Part shown: positions 62,006 to 64,000 of the stretch, piece after piece
Layout: every line of letters begins with the position of its first letter
Position numbering within the stretch: position 1 is the stretch's first letter
Assembly: GCA_965237525.1 (NCBI GenBank)
Contig: CBDEFO010000003.1
Coordinates: 96,001-160,000 of the forward strand
Direction: 5' to 3'
DNA from: Candidatus Latescibacterota bacterium
Lineage (GTDB): Bacteria; Latescibacterota; CBDEFO01
DNA length: 64,000 nucleotides
The notes under the pieces: generated by a model
Seen by the model: the letters and a program-made list of their open reading frames with translations, nothing else
Told to the model about the DNA's origin: nothing
Database searches by the model: none
Position numbers and translations under genes: made by a program

Positions 62006-62182
62006 AGTAGCCAATAGTCAGCAGACTGGGACACCAGGTCTCCTCCCTGCATGCTGTCTACCTGTCTTTACCTTCGCTTAGCCTGCTTGCTGTCTACTGT
62101 TCTGTTTCCTTGTCCTTTATTGTTTTCAAACTTCTGTTCTAGTCGCCGACAGATTCCACGATTGAATCTATCGGGGATCGGG
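62006..62182. repeat. Heptamer repeats plus a family-A element in the fusA-tuf gap
   Basis: agtagcc-aatagtc-agcagac ... tgctgtctac (twice), and gattccacgattgaatctatcggggatcggg (62152-62182). Confidence 0.7.
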
Positions 62183-62184
62183 TA

Positions 62185-64000
62185 CTATACTGCTACACCG
62201 TGAATTGTGGCTATGATTTCCTCTGCTATATCTTTGGGAACTTCCTGATACTTTGAAAATTCCATAGAATAGATAGCCCGTCCCTGTGTGAGTGATCTGA
62301 GACTGGTGGTATAGCCAAACATCTCGGATAGCGGAACAACAGCGCTTATGATCTGAGCATCTTGTCTCGGTATTATACCTAGGATGTTGCCTCTCCTTGA
62401 ATTTAAGTCCCCCAGGACCCCACCCAGGTACTGTTCAGGCACTACCACTTCCACATCCATTACGGGCTCTAAAAGATACGGATCTGCCCGTTTGACAGCA
62501 TCTTTAAAAGCCATGCTCGCCGCTATCTTGAACGCCACCTCTGACGAATCCACCTCATGATAGGAGCCATCGTGCAGCGTAACCCTGACATCCTCCACCG
62601 GGTACCCCGCAAGCACACCTCCTGTCATCGCCTCTCTGACGCCCTCTCTAACAGGCGGGATATATTCCTTAGGAATAGTACCCCCTCTGATCTTATTTTC
62701 GAATATCAAACCGCTTCCCGATTCGACCGGACCCACCTCAAGATGTACGTGCCCGTATTGGCCTCTTCCACCCGTCTGACGGACGAACCTGCCCTCGCTT
62801 TTAACAGTTTCTCTTATAGATTCCTTATATGCAACTTGAGGTTTTCCTATGTTGGCTCCCACCTTGAACTCTCTTAGGAGGCGATCTACGATAATTTCTA
62901 ATTGCAGCTCGCCCATCCCTCGGATGATGGTCTGTCCTGTTTCTTCATCTAACTCTACCTTCAGAGCCGGATCTTCAGCCGTAAACTTGGCCAGGGAAAC
63001 CCCCATTTGATCCTGATCCGCCCTGGTCTTCGGTTCTATTGCCACAGACACAAGAGGCTCGGCAAATTGTATGGATTCCAATATGATAGGGTGATCCTCA
63101 GAGCACAGGGTCTCGCCTGTGCTTGTGTTCTTAAGACCTACAGCTGCAACTATGTCCCCCACGTGAATCTCTTCTATGGCCTTTCTCTTATTGGCGTGCA
63201 TCTGAAGCACCCGTCCGATCCTCTCCTTTTTCCCTGTATTGGCATTGAGTACCGAAGATCTTGCCTTCAAGAGGCCAGAGTAGACTCTAAAAAACGTCAA
63301 AGTACCCACATGTGGATCCGTTTGAACCTTGAAAGCCAGAGCAGAGAAAGGTTCTTCTTCAGATGGACCTCTGACCTCCTGCTGACCTGTATAGGGATTA
63401 AGCCCCTTAACAGATGGTATATCCGAAGGCGAGGGAAGGTAGTCCAGCACGGCGTCTAGGAGCCTGTGCATTCCCTTGTTCCTTTTGGCCGAGCCGCATA
63501 AGACGGGAACAACCCGAATCTCTATAGTGGCCCTCCTCAGGGCCTCTCTTATCTCTCTGGGGTTTATTTCGTCTCCATCAAGAAACTTTTCCAGAAGGTG
63601 ATCGTCGCATTCTGCTACTGTCTCCATGAGCCTTGCGCGGTAGAAGAGCGCTTCATCCATAAGATCGGAGGGGATCTCGTTTTCCGTATAGACAGCGTCC
63701 AGGTTCTCTTCATTGTAAGTTATGGCTTTCATCGTCACAAGATCTAAAAGCCCCGTAAACATATCCCCTGCGCCTATCGGGACCTGAACCGGAACGAACT
63801 TTGCTCCCAACCTTTGGCTCATCATATCCGTAACTCTGAAGAAATCAGCTCCTGTCCGATCCATCTTATTCACAAAAGCGATCCTCGGAACGCTGTACTT
63901 ATCTGCCTGGCGCCACACTGTCTCAGACTGCGGCTCAACGCCTCCCACGGCGCAGAATATCGCTATAGCTCCGTCCAGCACCCTAAGAGAACGCTCCACC
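62185..64000 (-). CDS. fusA: Elongation factor G; 5'-truncated by the window
   Basis: [26 protein letters not shown] and [11 protein letters not shown] motifs. Confidence 0.98.
   Translation of the reverse strand, partial: VERSLRVLDGAIAIFCAVGGVEPQSETVWRQADKYSVPRIAFVNKMDRTGADFFRVTDMMSQRLGAKFVPVQVPIGAGDMFTGLLDLVTMKAITYNEENLDAVYTENEIPSDLMDEALFYRARLMETVAECDDHLLEKFLDGDEINPREIREALRRATIEIRVVPVLCGSAKRNKGMHRLLDAVLDYLPSPSDIPSVKGLNPYTGQQEVRGPSEEEPFSALAFKVQTDPHVGTLTFFRVYSGLLKARSSVLNANTGKKERIGRVLQMHANKRKAIEEIHVGDIVAAVGLKNTSTGETLCSEDHPIILESIQFAEPLVSVAIEPKTRADQDQMGVSLAKFTAEDPALKVELDEETGQTIIRGMGELQLEIIVDRLLREFKVGANIGKPQVAYKESIRETVKSEGRFVRQTGGRGQYGHVHLEVGPVESGSGLIFENKIRGGTIPKEYIPPVREGVREAMTGGVLAGYPVEDVRVTLHDGSYHEVDSSEVAFKIAASMAFKDAVKRADPYLLEPVMDVEVVVPEQYLGGVLGDLNSRRGNILGIIPRQDAQIISAVVPLSEMFGYTTSLRSLTQGRAIYSMEFSKYQEVPKDIAEEIIATIHGVAV

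Noticed and set aside
10776..62182. Family-A palindromes as CRISPR repeats
   Set aside because: They are dispersed singly in both orientations, with no regular spacers and no cas genes.
99..63459. Numerous short ORFs (about 60-200 aa) overlapping confident genes
   Set aside because: They are antisense or alternate-frame shadows with no motifs.

Overview
Bacterial (diderm) chromosomal window. Outer-membrane barrels, lipoproteins and a long L17 tail suggest an FCB-type uncultured lineage, but this is inference only. 1-10.2 kb: a 5'-truncated Zn/Cd-type P1B ATPase, then a sugar/C1 accessory block (xylitol dehydrogenase, DCXR-like L-xylulose reductase, ceramidase-like protein, ActP-type symporter with DUF4212, PfkB kinase-hxlA-hxlB). 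11-19 kb: GalT, two GH57 enzymes (one frameshifted) and two CNNM/CBS proteins. 19-26 kb: a three-gene porin-cytochrome cluster, amrB/amrA and a FadL-like barrel. 26-32.4 kb: oxidoreductases, NUDIX and SDR pseudogenes, an FGE-domain protein and a solo UvrD-like helicase next to tRNA-Leu(CAA). 32.5-44.7 kb: nfeD-floA, envelope-modification genes, an orphan DNA methyltransferase with a damaged 5' end, paralogous lipoproteins with MoaD/ThiS, and rlmD. 44.8-64 kb: the fusA-tuf-S10-spc-alpha ribosomal cluster on the minus strand, including an unannotated, C-terminally extended rpmJ. The most striking unexplained structure is a family of about 15 tiny dispersed palindromes (core CCCCGAT-TGAATCT/TTA-ATCGGGG). 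They sit in intergenic gaps, nest inside other repeats and occur inside coding sequences, either in frame or causing a frameshift. At least four other small repeat families are also present. No CRISPR array and no intact integrase or transposase was seen.
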